The notes: generated by a model from the letters alone, not told the origin. DNA of 64,000 nucleotides from an uncultured Flavobacterium sp. (GCA_964614445.1 CAZTLN010000002.1:115165-179164), one strand, 5' to 3'; positions 48,241 to 59,388 are shown, counted from the stretch's first letter. A program made the numbers and translations.

Positions 48241-50022
48241 ATGTCAAAAAATTTACTTTCTAAAATAAATTCTCCGGAAGATTTACGTAGGCTTAATGAG
48301 GAGCAACTGCCTTTGCTGGCTCAGGAATTGAGGGATTTTATTATTGACATAATCTCGGTAAAGGAAGGACATTTGGGGGCCAGTTTAGGCGTTATCGAAT
48401 TGACCATAGCCCTTCATTATATTTTCAATACCCCCGATGATTTATTGATTTGGGACGTAGGACATCAGGCCTATGGTCACAAAATTTTAACAGGAAGAAG
48501 AGAAAATTTTGACACAAATCGCCAATGGAAAGGAATATCGGGCTTTCCAAAAAGAAAAGAAAGCATCTATGACGCCTTTGGCGTTGGCCACTCCTCAACA
48601 TCCATTTCCGCCGCTCTTGGAATGGCCATAGCATCAAACTTAAAGGGTGATATAGACAAACATCATATTGCTGTAATTGGTGATGCCTCCATTGCTTCGG
48701 GAATGGCTTTCGAAGGCTTAAACCATGCAGGGGTTACTGATGCTAACCTTTTAGTTATTCTTAATGACAACGCTATCGGTATTGACCCTAGTGTAGGAGC
48801 ATTAAAAAAATACCTTACCTCCGTCAAAGAAGGGAAAAACCCAAAACAAAATAACATGATGAAATCCCTGAATTTCAACTATTCGGGACCAATCGACGGA
48901 AATAACTTCTCTGCCTTAACAACAGCTCTACGAAAGCTAAAAAAAATAAAAGGACCCAAATTTCTCCATGTTATTACAACCAAAGGAAAGGGGCTTCAAA
49001 AAGCCGAAGAAAACCAGGTTAAGTATCATGCCCCAGGTAAATTTGATCCATCGACCGGCGAGATTATTCCTAAAACGGAAGAAAATCTCCCTCCAAAATA
49101 TCAAGATGTTTTTGGATTAACTCTTTTGGATTTAGCCAAAAAAAATAAAAAAATAATTGGCATCACACCAGCGATGCCTACCGGTAGTTCGCTCAAATTT
49201 ATGATGGACGAGATTCCCGATCGGGCATTCGACGTGGGTATTGCCGAACAACATGCTGTGACCTTAGCCGCAGGTATGGCGACTCAAGGCCTGATTGTAT
49301 TTTGCAACATATATTCTACTTTTTTACAAAGAGCCTATGATCAGGTTATTCATGATGTTGCCATCCAAAATCTGCCTGTAATTTTTTGTCTGGACAGAGC
49401 CGGTTTAGTAGGTGAAGATGGCGCCACTCATCATGGAATTTTTGATATCGCCTATTTGAGATGCGTTCCCAACATGATCATCTTTGCCCCCCTAAATGAA
49501 ATAGAATTGCAAAATATGATTTTCACGGCACAGCTGGGTATAAATAATCCTATAGCAATAAGATATCCAAGAGGTCGTGGGGTGGTTTCCGATTGGAAAA
49601 CGAACTATTTTGGAAAATACAAACCAATAATAATAGGAGAAGCCAATTGTATTAAAAAAGGAACCATATTAGCTATCTTATCAAGCGGAACCATCGGAAT
49701 TAATGTATCACTTGCTATTTCAAATCTGCAAGAACAAGAAAAAATTGCACACTATGATTTCCCATTCGTAAAACCATTAGACGAAAAATTGTTGCATGAA
49801 ATTTTTAAAACCTTTGAAAACATAATCACAATCGAGGATGGCACAATTATTGGAGGATTCGGAACTTCTATTTTGGAATTTGCAGCCTTAAACAATTATA
49901 AAAAAAATGTAAAAGTATTGGGTATACCAGATGAATTTATAGAACAGGGAACAGTCGAACAATTACAACAATATTGCAAAATTGACGTTAATTCACTTGA
50001 AATTCTTTTTTCAAGATACTAA
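48241..50022 (+). CDS. dxs: 1-deoxy-D-xylulose-5-phosphate synthase
   Basis: GHLGASLG, WDVGHQAY, GDASIASGMAFE, DVGIAEQHA, IAIRYPRG. Confidence 0.97.
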   Translation: MSKNLLSKINSPEDLRRLNEEQLPLLAQELRDFIIDIISVKEGHLGASLGVIELTIALHYIFNTPDDLLIWDVGHQAYGHKILTGRRENFDTNRQWKGISGFPKRKESIYDAFGVGHSSTSISAALGMAIASNLKGDIDKHHIAVIGDASIASGMAFEGLNHAGVTDANLLVILNDNAIGIDPSVGALKKYLTSVKEGKNPKQNNMMKSLNFNYSGPIDGNNFSALTTALRKLKKIKGPKFLHVITTKGKGLQKAEENQVKYHAPGKFDPSTGEIIPKTEENLPPKYQDVFGLTLLDLAKKNKKIIGITPAMPTGSSLKFMMDEIPDRAFDVGIAEQHAVTLAAGMATQGLIVFCNIYSTFLQRAYDQVIHDVAIQNLPVIFCLDRAGLVGEDGATHHGIFDIAYLRCVPNMIIFAPLNEIELQNMIFTAQLGINNPIAIRYPRGRGVVSDWKTNYFGKYKPIIIGEANCIKKGTILAILSSGTIGINVSLAISNLQEQEKIAHYDFPFVKPLDEKLLHEIFKTFENIITIEDGTIIGGFGTSILEFAALNNYKKNVKVLGIPDEFIEQGTVEQLQQYCKIDVNSLEILFSRY

Positions 50023-50060
50023 GAAACGTCATCATGCACTAAAAAACAGAAAAATCAACA

Positions 50061-51170
50061 ATGAAATTTCATACCTTCAAATTCTTTTTTTTGACCCTAT
50101 TTGTTTCCATAAATTGTATTGCACAGGAACCTACTAAAACTGAATCACAGGACACAATTACCACCAAAGGAGTTAGCTTAATCCCAGCCCAGCCTTCTGC
50201 CAGAAAATCCACAGCACCCATAATCAACAACAACCTTTTTGAAAAAATGAGGTTCCGGAACAAAGGCTTTGATTTGCCTGGTGAGATTTCATTAGGCAGC
50301 AGTAAATATATCACCCCATCACACTGGTCCAAAAAAAATATAGTTGGCTTTGACATTTCTGAAATAGCATTTGTAAACTGGAGTGCCGGGGGAACAAGTT
50401 CTATTTCAGGTCTTTTTAAAGGTGATTTTAACAGGACCTACCAGAAAAAAAATCGCAAATGGGTTAACGAGCTCATCGTAAGGTATGGGTTGAACAAACA
50501 AGATGGTATTGAAGTTCGTAAAACCGATGACGCCATCCAAATGAACTCAACTTTTGGTTACCGAAAAAACAATGAAAGCAATTGGTTCCACACCGCAAAA
50601 TTTAACTTCAACACTCAGTTCACCAACGGATATAAATACCCAAACAGAGATGTGCCAAAGTCAAGGGCTTTTGCCCCGGCCTATGTATTCCTGGGTGTGG
50701 GCGCTGAAAACAGCAGCAAATCCAAACATCGTGTTTTTTATATCTCGCCCTTTACTTTAAAAACAACATTGGTATTGGATCAGAGATTAGCAAACCAAGG
50801 AGCTTTTGGGGTTGTAAAAGCAACCTATGACAGTGACGGAAATATTTTAACCAAAGGTAAAAAATCAAAAAACGAACTTGGTTTCTTAATTACCAACTAT
50901 TACAAAAAGGAGATTTTCGAAAACGTCAATTTTGTCAATCGTTTGAATCTTTACTCAGACTATGTAAATAACTTTGGCAATATAGATATTGATTGTGATT
51001 TACTTTTTAATCTAGTGGTTAACCAATATGTCAAAGCCAGTATAGGAACAAGGATTATCTATGACGATGACATTAAAAACAAAACCGAGATAGCCGGAGT
51101 TCAGGTTACCGAAGGACCTAAGGCCCAATTTAAACAGGTCTTAGGTGTAGGAATAACTTATTCTTTCTAA
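50061..51170 (+). CDS. DUF3078 family outer-membrane protein
   Basis: Signal peptide; F.NWSAGG, RKTDD, TQFTNGY, LGVGITYSF C-terminus. Confidence 0.82.
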   Translation: MKFHTFKFFFLTLFVSINCIAQEPTKTESQDTITTKGVSLIPAQPSARKSTAPIINNNLFEKMRFRNKGFDLPGEISLGSSKYITPSHWSKKNIVGFDISEIAFVNWSAGGTSSISGLFKGDFNRTYQKKNRKWVNELIVRYGLNKQDGIEVRKTDDAIQMNSTFGYRKNNESNWFHTAKFNFNTQFTNGYKYPNRDVPKSRAFAPAYVFLGVGAENSSKSKHRVFYISPFTLKTTLVLDQRLANQGAFGVVKATYDSDGNILTKGKKSKNELGFLITNYYKKEIFENVNFVNRLNLYSDYVNNFGNIDIDCDLLFNLVVNQYVKASIGTRIIYDDDIKNKTEIAGVQVTEGPKAQFKQVLGVGITYSF

Positions 51171-51175
51171 AAGCA

Positions 51176-52522
51176 TCAACTTTTTTTCCAACCATTGATT
51201 GTTTCATATAACTCCAAAGCATTACCGTCTGTAAGCAGTGACACAAAATGACAAATATGCAATAGCCTGTCGTAAAGATTTTCCTTTTCCAGATGATGTT
51301 TTTCAGGTAATAACTTTAAGAGCAGTTTATCATAATTTGAGGCTGTCCCATTGAATTTATTATCATATGCAGATATAAACTTATCCAAAAGTGTTTGTAT
51401 TATCTGATAACCGACAATTTCCTTTTCAATAACTTCCCTACTCTGATAAATCTTATCTATACTAATTTTGATAATGTCATCCATTTGAGCCTTATACCTG
51501 CTCTTATCCATCAAAGCATATGGAAACTTCCCTTTCAATATTGCCTCTTCATTTTCTAAAAAAACCTTCACCGCATCGTTTATCAGACTTCCAATAGCCA
51601 GAGCCCGCAAATAGCTTATCCTATCTTCTTTTGTTTCCAAAGACTTATATTTTGCGGTATCAATACTATCCTTAACTAATTTAATTAGATATTCTAAAGC
51701 AAAATCTTCAGAAACCAAACCCAGATTGATACCATCTTCAAAATCTATAATAGTGTAACAGATATCATCAGCTGCTTCAACAAGATAAGCCAAAGGATGT
51801 CTTTCAAACCCCAGATCATCACCTTTTTTATTAGGAATTAAACCCATATCATCTGCCAAGTCCTTAAAAAATGCTTTGTCCGACTGAAAGAAACCATATT
51901 TTTTATCGGAAATATTACGGCTAGGTTTTTTAGGCAAACTTTCCTTTGGATATTTCATAAAAGCACCCAAGGTGGCGTACGAAATCCTGAGTCCACCATC
52001 AATTCCGGGACGGCTGGCAGTCATAACAGAAAACCCGTTGGCATTCCCTTCAAAATCTATTAAATCCTGCCATTCCTTAGGCGAAAGATATTCTTTATAT
52101 TTTTTACCATTCCCGATGGAGAAATATTCACCTATTGCTTTTTCACCTGAATGACCGAAAGGAGGATTCCCAATATCATGAGCTAAAGATGCTGCAGCCA
52201 CTATCGCGCCAAAATCGTTCATATGAAAACCGTGAATTTCCTTTAAATAGGGATGTTTCTCGATAATCTTTTTACCAACTAATCTCCCTAAAGAGCGACC
52301 CACAACCGAAACTTCAAGACTATGAGTCAGTCTGGTATGTACAAAGTCGGTTTTAGAAAGAGGAATTACCTGAGTTTTATCCTGTAAACTTCTAAAAGCA
52401 GCGGAAAAAATAATACGGTCATAGTCCACCTCAAAGCCCAATCGAGTATCGTCTTGTTCACTTCTTAATCTTTTGCTTGTATCACCTTGTCGTCTTAAGG
52501 ATAAAAGTTGTTCCCAGTTCAT
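51176..52522 (-). CDS. dgt: Deoxyguanosinetriphosphate triphosphohydrolase (HD domain)
   Basis: FRSLQDKTQV, HTRLTHSLEV, AHDIGNPPFGHSGE, FEGNA, EAADDICY. Confidence 0.93.
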   Translation of the reverse strand: MNWEQLLSLRRQGDTSKRLRSEQDDTRLGFEVDYDRIIFSAAFRSLQDKTQVIPLSKTDFVHTRLTHSLEVSVVGRSLGRLVGKKIIEKHPYLKEIHGFHMNDFGAIVAAASLAHDIGNPPFGHSGEKAIGEYFSIGNGKKYKEYLSPKEWQDLIDFEGNANGFSVMTASRPGIDGGLRISYATLGAFMKYPKESLPKKPSRNISDKKYGFFQSDKAFFKDLADDMGLIPNKKGDDLGFERHPLAYLVEAADDICYTIIDFEDGINLGLVSEDFALEYLIKLVKDSIDTAKYKSLETKEDRISYLRALAIGSLINDAVKVFLENEEAILKGKFPYALMDKSRYKAQMDDIIKISIDKIYQSREVIEKEIVGYQIIQTLLDKFISAYDNKFNGTASNYDKLLLKLLPEKHHLEKENLYDRLLHICHFVSLLTDGNALELYETINGWKKS

Positions 52523-52644
52523 TTTTCTTAAAAATATTTCATGACTATAGAAGGAGCGAATATAGAGAAAATGATGTATTTATAATAAAAAAACCATCAT
52601 TAATGATGGCTTAATTGTAAATTACCTTGAGCTGAATAGAATCT

Positions 52645-53127
52645 CTATTCCTGAAAAATAATCGAATTTCTTTTTTTTGCCAACTTGCTCTTATTTACCA
52701 CATAAGTATTTGAAAATGCATCATGCCAACCTCTAGCGGTTAATCCAAAAAAAGAAAATGCTTCAAAGGGAATAAAACGACACAAACTTCTTTTAAGAAA
52801 ACTTGACCGGGAAGGTTTTCTACCTTCTATATCAACAACTACAGTATGCGTAATTAATTTGGCAATGGTTCTGGAAAAATACATTTCGGTGACATAATAA
52901 TACAAAAATGCAACTATGACACCATAAAAGAACTTTTCAGCAGTATTTAATGTCTCCACCCAACTGGAAACACCAATCATATTAAAAACGTCCCCAAACA
53001 GAATTAGAGTGGTTCCGATGCTCAATATGATAATATAGATAAATATTAAATCAATACAGAAATTAAGAAAACGTTGCCCTTGGGTGGCTACCAAATCATC
53101 TGTAATTGTAAATACCCCTTTTTTCAT
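52645..53127 (-). CDS. RDD family membrane protein
   Basis: QRFLNFCID, RSLCRFIPFE, WHD..S.T.VV. Confidence 0.85.
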   Translation of the reverse strand: MKKGVFTITDDLVATQGQRFLNFCIDLIFIYIIILSIGTTLILFGDVFNMIGVSSWVETLNTAEKFFYGVIVAFLYYYVTEMYFSRTIAKLITHTVVVDIEGRKPSRSSFLKRSLCRFIPFEAFSFFGLTARGWHDAFSNTYVVNKSKLAKKRNSIIFQE

Positions 53128-53256
53128 ATATTTTGTCGAATTAGAAAATACAAACCCTAATAATACCCTTTCTCAAATATAAGAAAATATACGGATATTA
53201 GAAACGAAAAAATTTGATTTAAACCCCATTTAGGCTGAACAAACTCTTTAAAATAA

Positions 53257-53286
53257 AAAAACAGTCATCTGTGGATGACTGTTTTT
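53257..53286 (-). terminator. nrdA terminator
   Basis: AAAACAGTCATC-TGTG-GATGACTGTTTT. Confidence 0.85.
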
Positions 53287-53319
53287 CTTTCTATATCATG
53301 GATATATAAGTTTTATGAA

Positions 53320-55704
53320 TTATGCCCCGCACATTTCGCAATCTTCAGGTCCGCCTGCTTGTGCCTTCATGATCATAGCTTTATAATCTTCGATGCTTAT
53401 TGCCTCGGTTTCAACGGGAGCAGGAGCTTCCTTTTTCTCATTATTAAGCGTAAATTTAATTGCATCTACTGCCGCCTTGGTTCTTAGATAGTACATTCCT
53501 GTTTTTAATCCTGATTGCCATGCATAGAAATGCATTGAAGTCAATTTGGCATAATTAGCATCCTGCATAAACAAATTCAAAGATTGAGACTGATCGATAA
53601 AATAACCTCTTTGACGAGACATATCGATAATATCTTTCATTGACATTTCCCAAACAGTTTTATACAATTCCTTCAAATCCTGTGGTATCACATCGATATT
53701 TTGTACAGATCCGTTGTTACGCATAATTTCCTGTTTCAAACTCTCATTCCATAATCCTCTTTCAACCAGGTCATGAAGCAAATGTTTGTTTACCACAATA
53801 AACTCACCAGATAGAACTCTACGTGTATAAATATTTGAAGTATAAGGTTCAAATGCCTCATTATTACCTAAAATTTGAGAGGTAGAAGCAGTAGGCATTG
53901 GAGCAACCAACAAGGAGTTACGAACACCGTGTTCCAACACATCTTTTCTTAAAGAAGCCCAATCCCAACGTCCAGACAAATCCGCGTCATTCAATCCCCA
54001 AAGATTGAATTGGAATTCGCCTTGAGAAATTGGAGAACCTTCATAAGTCGAATACGGCCCTTCTTCTTTAGCCATTTCCATAGAAGCGGTTACAGCTGCG
54101 AAATATAAAGTTTCAAAAATTTCTTGATTCAACTTCTTTGCTGCATCACTTGTAAATGGCATACGCAACATAATAAAAGCATCCGCCAAACCTTGTACCC
54201 CTAAACCAATAGGTCTGTGGCGAAGGTTCGAATTTTCCGCCTCAGGGACAGGATAATAATTTCTATCAATTACTTTATTTAGGTTTCTGGTTACACGTTT
54301 AGTAACATTGAATAATGCTTCATGGTCGAATTCACCGTTTTCAACAAACATTGGTAATGATAGTGAAGCCAAATTACAGACTGCAATTTCATCCTTAGAA
54401 GTGTACTCCATAATTTCTGTACACAGGTTTGAAGAACGAATAGTACCAAGATTCTTTTGGTTCGATTTACGGTTTACCGAATCTTTATACAACATATAAG
54501 GAGTTCCAGTTTCTATTTGTGATTCCAGAATTTTCTCCCATAACTCTCTTGCTCTGATAGTTTTTCTGCCTTTCCCTTTTGCCTCATAATCTGTATATAA
54601 TGCCTCAAACTCATCTCCATAAACTTCATATAAACCAGGGCATTCGTTTGGACACATTAAAGTCCATGTACCATCTTCCTGTACACGTTTCATGAATAAA
54701 TCAGATGTCCACATTGCGAAGAATAAATCACGTGCACGCATTTCTTCTTTTCCGGTATTTTTTTTAAGATCCAGGAATTCAAAAATATCAGCATGCCAAG
54801 TCTCAATATAAATTGCAAAACTACCTTTACGCTTTCCTCCACCCTGATCTACATAGCGAGCGGTATCATTAAACACTCTCAACATTGGCACAATCCCGTT
54901 TGATGTACCATTTGTCCCCCTGATATATGAACCAGTAGCACGTACATTATGTATAGACAAACCGATACCTCCTGCTGATTGCGAAATCTTTGCGGTTTGT
55001 TTTAAAGTGTCGTAAATTCCATCAATACTGTCATCTTTCATTGCTAATAAAAAGCATGAAGACATTTGTGGTTTTGGTGTGCCAGAGTTGAATAAAGTTG
55101 GTGTAGCATGAGTAAAGAATTTCTTAGACATCAATTCATAGGTTTCTAATACTGCATCTAAATCATCCATATGGATTCCTACTGCAACACGCATCAACAT
55201 ATGTTGTGGTCTCTCTACAATTTTACCGTTTATTTTCAGCAAATAGGAACGTTCTAAAGTTTTAAAACCAAAATAATCATAATTAAAATCTCTGGTATAG
55301 ATGATGTGAGAATCTAAAAATTCGGCATTGTCCTGTATCACTTTATACACCTCATCTGAAAGCAATGGTGCTTTTTGTCCATTTCTTGGATTGACATAAT
55401 TATACATATCAGTCATCGTTTCCGAAAAAGACTTTTTAGTATTTGAATGTAAATTTGATATTGCAATCCTCGCAGCTAATAAAGCGTAATCGGGATGAGC
55501 GATTGTCATAGATGCCGCCGTTTCGGCAGCTAAATTATCTAATTCTGACGTAGAAACTCCATCATATAATCCTTCAATCACACGCATTGCTACCTTTACG
55601 GCATCAACTAAATCATTCAAACCATAACAAAGTTTTTTAATTCTTTCGGTGATTTTGTCAAACATTACTGGCTCTTTGTGGCCATCTCTTTTTACTACGT
55701 ACAT
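53320..55704 (-). CDS. nrdA: Class I ribonucleotide reductase alpha subunit with ATP cone
   Basis: VVKRDG ATP cone, [27 protein letters not shown]-terminal CEMC pair. Confidence 0.98.
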   Translation of the reverse strand: MYVVKRDGHKEPVMFDKITERIKKLCYGLNDLVDAVKVAMRVIEGLYDGVSTSELDNLAAETAASMTIAHPDYALLAARIAISNLHSNTKKSFSETMTDMYNYVNPRNGQKAPLLSDEVYKVIQDNAEFLDSHIIYTRDFNYDYFGFKTLERSYLLKINGKIVERPQHMLMRVAVGIHMDDLDAVLETYELMSKKFFTHATPTLFNSGTPKPQMSSCFLLAMKDDSIDGIYDTLKQTAKISQSAGGIGLSIHNVRATGSYIRGTNGTSNGIVPMLRVFNDTARYVDQGGGKRKGSFAIYIETWHADIFEFLDLKKNTGKEEMRARDLFFAMWTSDLFMKRVQEDGTWTLMCPNECPGLYEVYGDEFEALYTDYEAKGKGRKTIRARELWEKILESQIETGTPYMLYKDSVNRKSNQKNLGTIRSSNLCTEIMEYTSKDEIAVCNLASLSLPMFVENGEFDHEALFNVTKRVTRNLNKVIDRNYYPVPEAENSNLRHRPIGLGVQGLADAFIMLRMPFTSDAAKKLNQEIFETLYFAAVTASMEMAKEEGPYSTYEGSPISQGEFQFNLWGLNDADLSGRWDWASLRKDVLEHGVRNSLLVAPMPTASTSQILGNNEAFEPYTSNIYTRRVLSGEFIVVNKHLLHDLVERGLWNESLKQEIMRNNGSVQNIDVIPQDLKELYKTVWEMSMKDIIDMSRQRGYFIDQSQSLNLFMQDANYAKLTSMHFYAWQSGLKTGMYYLRTKAAVDAIKFTLNNEKKEAPAPVETEAISIEDYKAMIMKAQAGGPEDCEMCGA

Positions 55705-55919
55705 AGGCTTTTGGTTTTTTAAAACAATAAATCCCTTTACTGCTTTTGGTTATTTGTTATTTTTTTTTTGGCGCCGTTTCCAGCTATCCGGTTTATTGTT
55801 CTCATTTTAAAAATGAGATAAAAAACCCTTATCTACTATCCAAATGAAAACTTAGAAGCAGTAAGGAATTATTCAAAATCAAGATAAAACTCCCGTTCTT
55901 TCTCTACTTGATTTATCTT

Positions 55920-56897
55920 TTAAAAATCGGCATCAAAAGAAATTTTCTGAGCATCACTGTCGGTATTCATTACACCAGACTTCTGATATTCAGCCACTTT
56001 CTTTTCAAAGAAGTTAGTTTTTCCCTGCAGCGATATCATATCCATGAAATCAAAAGGATTTGAAGAGTTAAAAACTCTATCACATCCCAATTCCACCAAT
56101 AATCTGTCGGCAACAAACTCAAGGTACTGAGTCATAAGGTTTGCATTCATACCTATTAAACTAACAGGAAGAGATTCGGTAATAAACTCTCTTTCGATAT
56201 CTAAAGCATCAACAATTATCTCTTTTATTCTCGCTTTAGACACCTTGTTCACCAAATGGTTATTATGCAAATGAACAGCAAAATCACAATGAACACCCTC
56301 GTCACGAGAAATCAATTCATTAGAAAAGGTCAATCCAGGCATCAAACCACGTTTCTTCAACCAGTAAATAGAACAAAAAGCCCCAGAAAAAAAGATACCT
56401 TCTACCGCAGCGAACGCGATCAATCTTTCCGCAAATGAGTCCGATTGAATCCATTTTAAAGCCCAATCTGCTTTTTTTCTGATAGCCGGAAAAACATCCA
56501 AGGCATTAAACAATTCATCTTTTTCTGAATCATCTTTAACATAAGTATCAATCAATAACGAATATGTCTCACTATGAATATTCTCCATCATTATCTGGAA
56601 TCCATAGAAAAACTTAGCCTCAGGATACTGCACTTCATTCACAAAATTCTCAGCCAAATTCTCATTAACAATCCCATCCGAAGCAGCAAAAAAAGCAAGT
56701 ATATGTTTAATAAAATACCTTTCGTCTGAATTCAACTTATTATTCCAATCATGTAAATCTTGAGACAAATCGATTTCTTCAGCAGTCCAAAAACTAGCCT
56801 CCATTTTCTTATACCACTCCCAAATATCATGATGTTTAATAGGAAATATTACAAAACGATTTTTATTCTCTTTTAATATTGGTTCAATTTGCGACAT
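55920..56897 (-). CDS. nrdB: Class Ia ribonucleotide reductase beta subunit
   Basis: [23 protein letters not shown] (radical Tyr), [15 protein letters not shown]. Confidence 0.98.
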   Translation of the reverse strand: MSQIEPILKENKNRFVIFPIKHHDIWEWYKKMEASFWTAEEIDLSQDLHDWNNKLNSDERYFIKHILAFFAASDGIVNENLAENFVNEVQYPEAKFFYGFQIMMENIHSETYSLLIDTYVKDDSEKDELFNALDVFPAIRKKADWALKWIQSDSFAERLIAFAAVEGIFFSGAFCSIYWLKKRGLMPGLTFSNELISRDEGVHCDFAVHLHNNHLVNKVSKARIKEIIVDALDIEREFITESLPVSLIGMNANLMTQYLEFVADRLLVELGCDRVFNSSNPFDFMDMISLQGKTNFFEKKVAEYQKSGVMNTDSDAQKISFDADF

Positions 56898-57149
56898 TAT
56901 TATTGTTTGTTTTTTGTAAATTTTAACTAATTTTTATGTTTTGAGTGCTTTACAAAGATTAAGAATTAATGTGAATATAAAAAGCCAAACTTATTCACAA
57001 AATAAGTTAGTTTTTAACAACCTGTTTATAACACATAATTAGCGGTGTATAATTTAATATTCTAATTTTCAATTATTTATGAACACAAAAACCTTCTGAA
57101 CCGGCTTAAAATACAGGATTTAAAAAACACTTAAAAAGCAAAAATTACA

Positions 57150-57728
57150 TTATTTAAAACTGATTCTTTTCAATTCTTTAGCAACTTCTTCAAGCTCTAA
57201 ATACCAATCTTCTCCAAATTTTCGAATCAAAGCCTCTTTTACAAATTTATACACAGGAACCTCCAATTCTTTTCCCAGAGTACAGGCATCATCACAGATA
57301 TCCCACTTATCATAATTCACTGCAGCAAATTCCGAAAAATCTTTAACACGTATCGGATACAAATGACAAGAAACCGGCTTTTTCCAATTGACCACTCCCT
57401 CATTGTAAGCCTGCTCAATACCACATAAAGCCGTATCACCATCAAAAATCACATAAGCACAATCCTTATTATCTATCAAAGGAGTCTCAAGTTCTCCATC
57501 TGTACCTGTCACCCAAATTCCCTGAGCTTCAATTGCCTCGATTCCTTCTTTTCGAAGATAAGGCTTTACCATTGGATAAATCTCCTCCATAACCTTAATT
57601 TCATCGGCATTTATAGGAGCACCTGCATCGCCATCGATACAACAAGCACCCTTGCAGGCAGAAAGGTTACACACAAATTCCTTTTCTAAAATATCCTCAG
57701 ACACTATTGTTTTACCTATTTGAAACAT
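57150..57728 (-). CDS. DUF3109 family Cys-rich protein
   Basis: FVCNLSACKGACC..GD.GAP, KPVSCHLYP. Start revised to ATG 57728. Confidence 0.85.
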   Translation of the reverse strand: MFQIGKTIVSEDILEKEFVCNLSACKGACCIDGDAGAPINADEIKVMEEIYPMVKPYLRKEGIEAIEAQGIWVTGTDGELETPLIDNKDCAYVIFDGDTALCGIEQAYNEGVVNWKKPVSCHLYPIRVKDFSEFAAVNYDKWDICDDACTLGKELEVPVYKFVKEALIRKFGEDWYLELEEVAKELKRISFK

Positions 57729-58110
57729 TTGTTTAAAGCTATCAATTACAAGCTGCAAAGTTAATCAAAGTAACTCTCGAAACTCCCTCAGCAACCTATT
57801 TTTATATTGGCTTTAACAAAACACACCTATTCATTTCAATTCAACAAAAAACTACTTAATTAAATCATAATAGCCCATAGCAAAAGAAGTGATAGCTTCA
57901 AAAAACGGATTCTTAATAATACTTTAAACAAAGATCTCATTTCTAAATAAGCTGTTAAATTATGTAACACTAATGTTAAAGCCTTGTTTGTCTAATTTAT
58001 TTTTTTATACATTTACCTCGTAATGTAGTTTGTAGAAATAATCTTATTTCCGATTAAAAACACCTTCAGCAAGGTGTTCCATCTTTTTTGCAGGCCGAAA
58101 ATTGTTGCAC

Positions 58111-58314
58111 ATGAAAATCTTTACTAACATTTTGGTATTACTGGCACTAGCACTTATTGTCTATAATATCACACTATTGGATTTCACCAATCCGTTTAAA
58201 GGAGACAGTATTATTGCATTTATTGGAATTGCAGCATCAATATGCGCAGTATTAATTCTGATAATCTTTAAATTGTCTAAAAAAGTAGAAGACAGAATAA
58301 ACGACAAACTTTAA
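58111..58314 (+). CDS. Small two-TM hypothetical membrane protein
   Basis: 67 aa from ATG 58111 with two hydrophobic helices; stop lies 4 nt before the next gene. Confidence 0.7.
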   Translation: MKIFTNILVLLALALIVYNITLLDFTNPFKGDSIIAFIGIAASICAVLILIIFKLSKKVEDRINDKL

Positions 58315-58318
58315 TAGT

Positions 58319-58924
58319 ATGTTTGATGTTTTAATTATTGGCGGCGGCGTCTCAGGAATTTCTTGTGCTTTAGTACTGGGTTCTGCTAAAGGGAAGCCTT
58401 TTGCCACAGATAAAAAAATAGGCATCATTACCCACCAAAAATCCTCAGCACTTCAGGAAGCCTTGTTAAATAACGCCTATGGAATTCCTGCCGGAAAATT
58501 GGGATCGGAAATATTATCTGAAAGCATTGAACATTTATCGAATACCTACCCACATATTTCACAAATTCCAAACGAGAAAGTTATTAAAATAGAAGGAACC
58601 TATCCCGAATTCAAGGTAACTACTAACAAAAATACCTATAGCACAAAAACCATTGTGGTAGGAATTGGGTCAGCAAACACCTTCGCTATCGAAGGACTAA
58701 CCCAATATGTTATCCCTAATGAAAAAGCACCTGCTGAAAAACAACGGATCCAATTAAAAAATTCAGATCATAAGGTTACTGAAGGTATTTTCGTAGCAGG
58801 AACATTAGCAGGCTGGAGAAGCCAACTGACCATTGCCGCAGGAAGCGGTGCAGCAGTTGCTACCGATATTCTGACTCTGTGGAATAATAGAGAACAGACA
58901 CATTCTCACGATAGCATCAAATAA
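58319..58924 (+). CDS. FAD-dependent oxidoreductase (thioredoxin-reductase-like FAD domain only)
   Basis: IIGGGVSG Rossmann motif and GIFVAG second FAD motif; 201 aa. Confidence 0.82.
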   Translation: MFDVLIIGGGVSGISCALVLGSAKGKPFATDKKIGIITHQKSSALQEALLNNAYGIPAGKLGSEILSESIEHLSNTYPHISQIPNEKVIKIEGTYPEFKVTTNKNTYSTKTIVVGIGSANTFAIEGLTQYVIPNEKAPAEKQRIQLKNSDHKVTEGIFVAGTLAGWRSQLTIAAGSGAAVATDILTLWNNREQTHSHDSIK

Positions 58925-58953
58925 CCAAAAATACTTTTCCAAAGGATTAGATT

Positions 58954-59385
58954 CTATTCATCCAATTCCGGAATATGATTTACAATTACGCCGGCCTTGA
59001 TTAAAAACTGTATCCCAGAATCATCCTTATACCCATGTTGATACACAACTCTTTTTATCCCCGACTGATGTATAAGCTTACTACATTCTTTGCAAGGGGA
59101 AAGCGTAATATATAAGGTTGCTCCTTCGCATGACTGCGTTGATCTGGCAACTTTAAGAATCGCATTAGCCTCGGCATGCAACACATGCCACTTGGTTAAT
59201 CCCTCATCATCTTCACAACAATTGTCAAAACCAGAAGGAGTTCCATTATATCCGTCGGAGATAATCATTCGGTCTTTTACAATTATTGCACCTACCTGCT
59301 TGCGCTTGCAATACGATAACATGCCCCATTCTCTTGCAATACGAAGGTAGGCCTTATCATATTTATTCAGTTTCTTTTCTTCCAT
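58954..59385 (-). CDS. dCMP deaminase family protein
   Basis: GYNGTPSG, HAEANAI, SPCKEC zinc motifs. Confidence 0.92.
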   Translation of the reverse strand: MEEKKLNKYDKAYLRIAREWGMLSYCKRKQVGAIIVKDRMIISDGYNGTPSGFDNCCEDDEGLTKWHVLHAEANAILKVARSTQSCEGATLYITLSPCKECSKLIHQSGIKRVVYQHGYKDDSGIQFLIKAGVIVNHIPELDE

Positions 59386-59388
59386 AAA

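Noticed and set aside
51176-59385. dGTPase plus dCMP deaminase as a nucleotide-depletion anti-phage system
   Set aside because: The deaminase is a 143-aa single domain with no kinase domain. The dGTPase has ordinary Dgt motifs. Both sit among core genes with no mobile or defence context.
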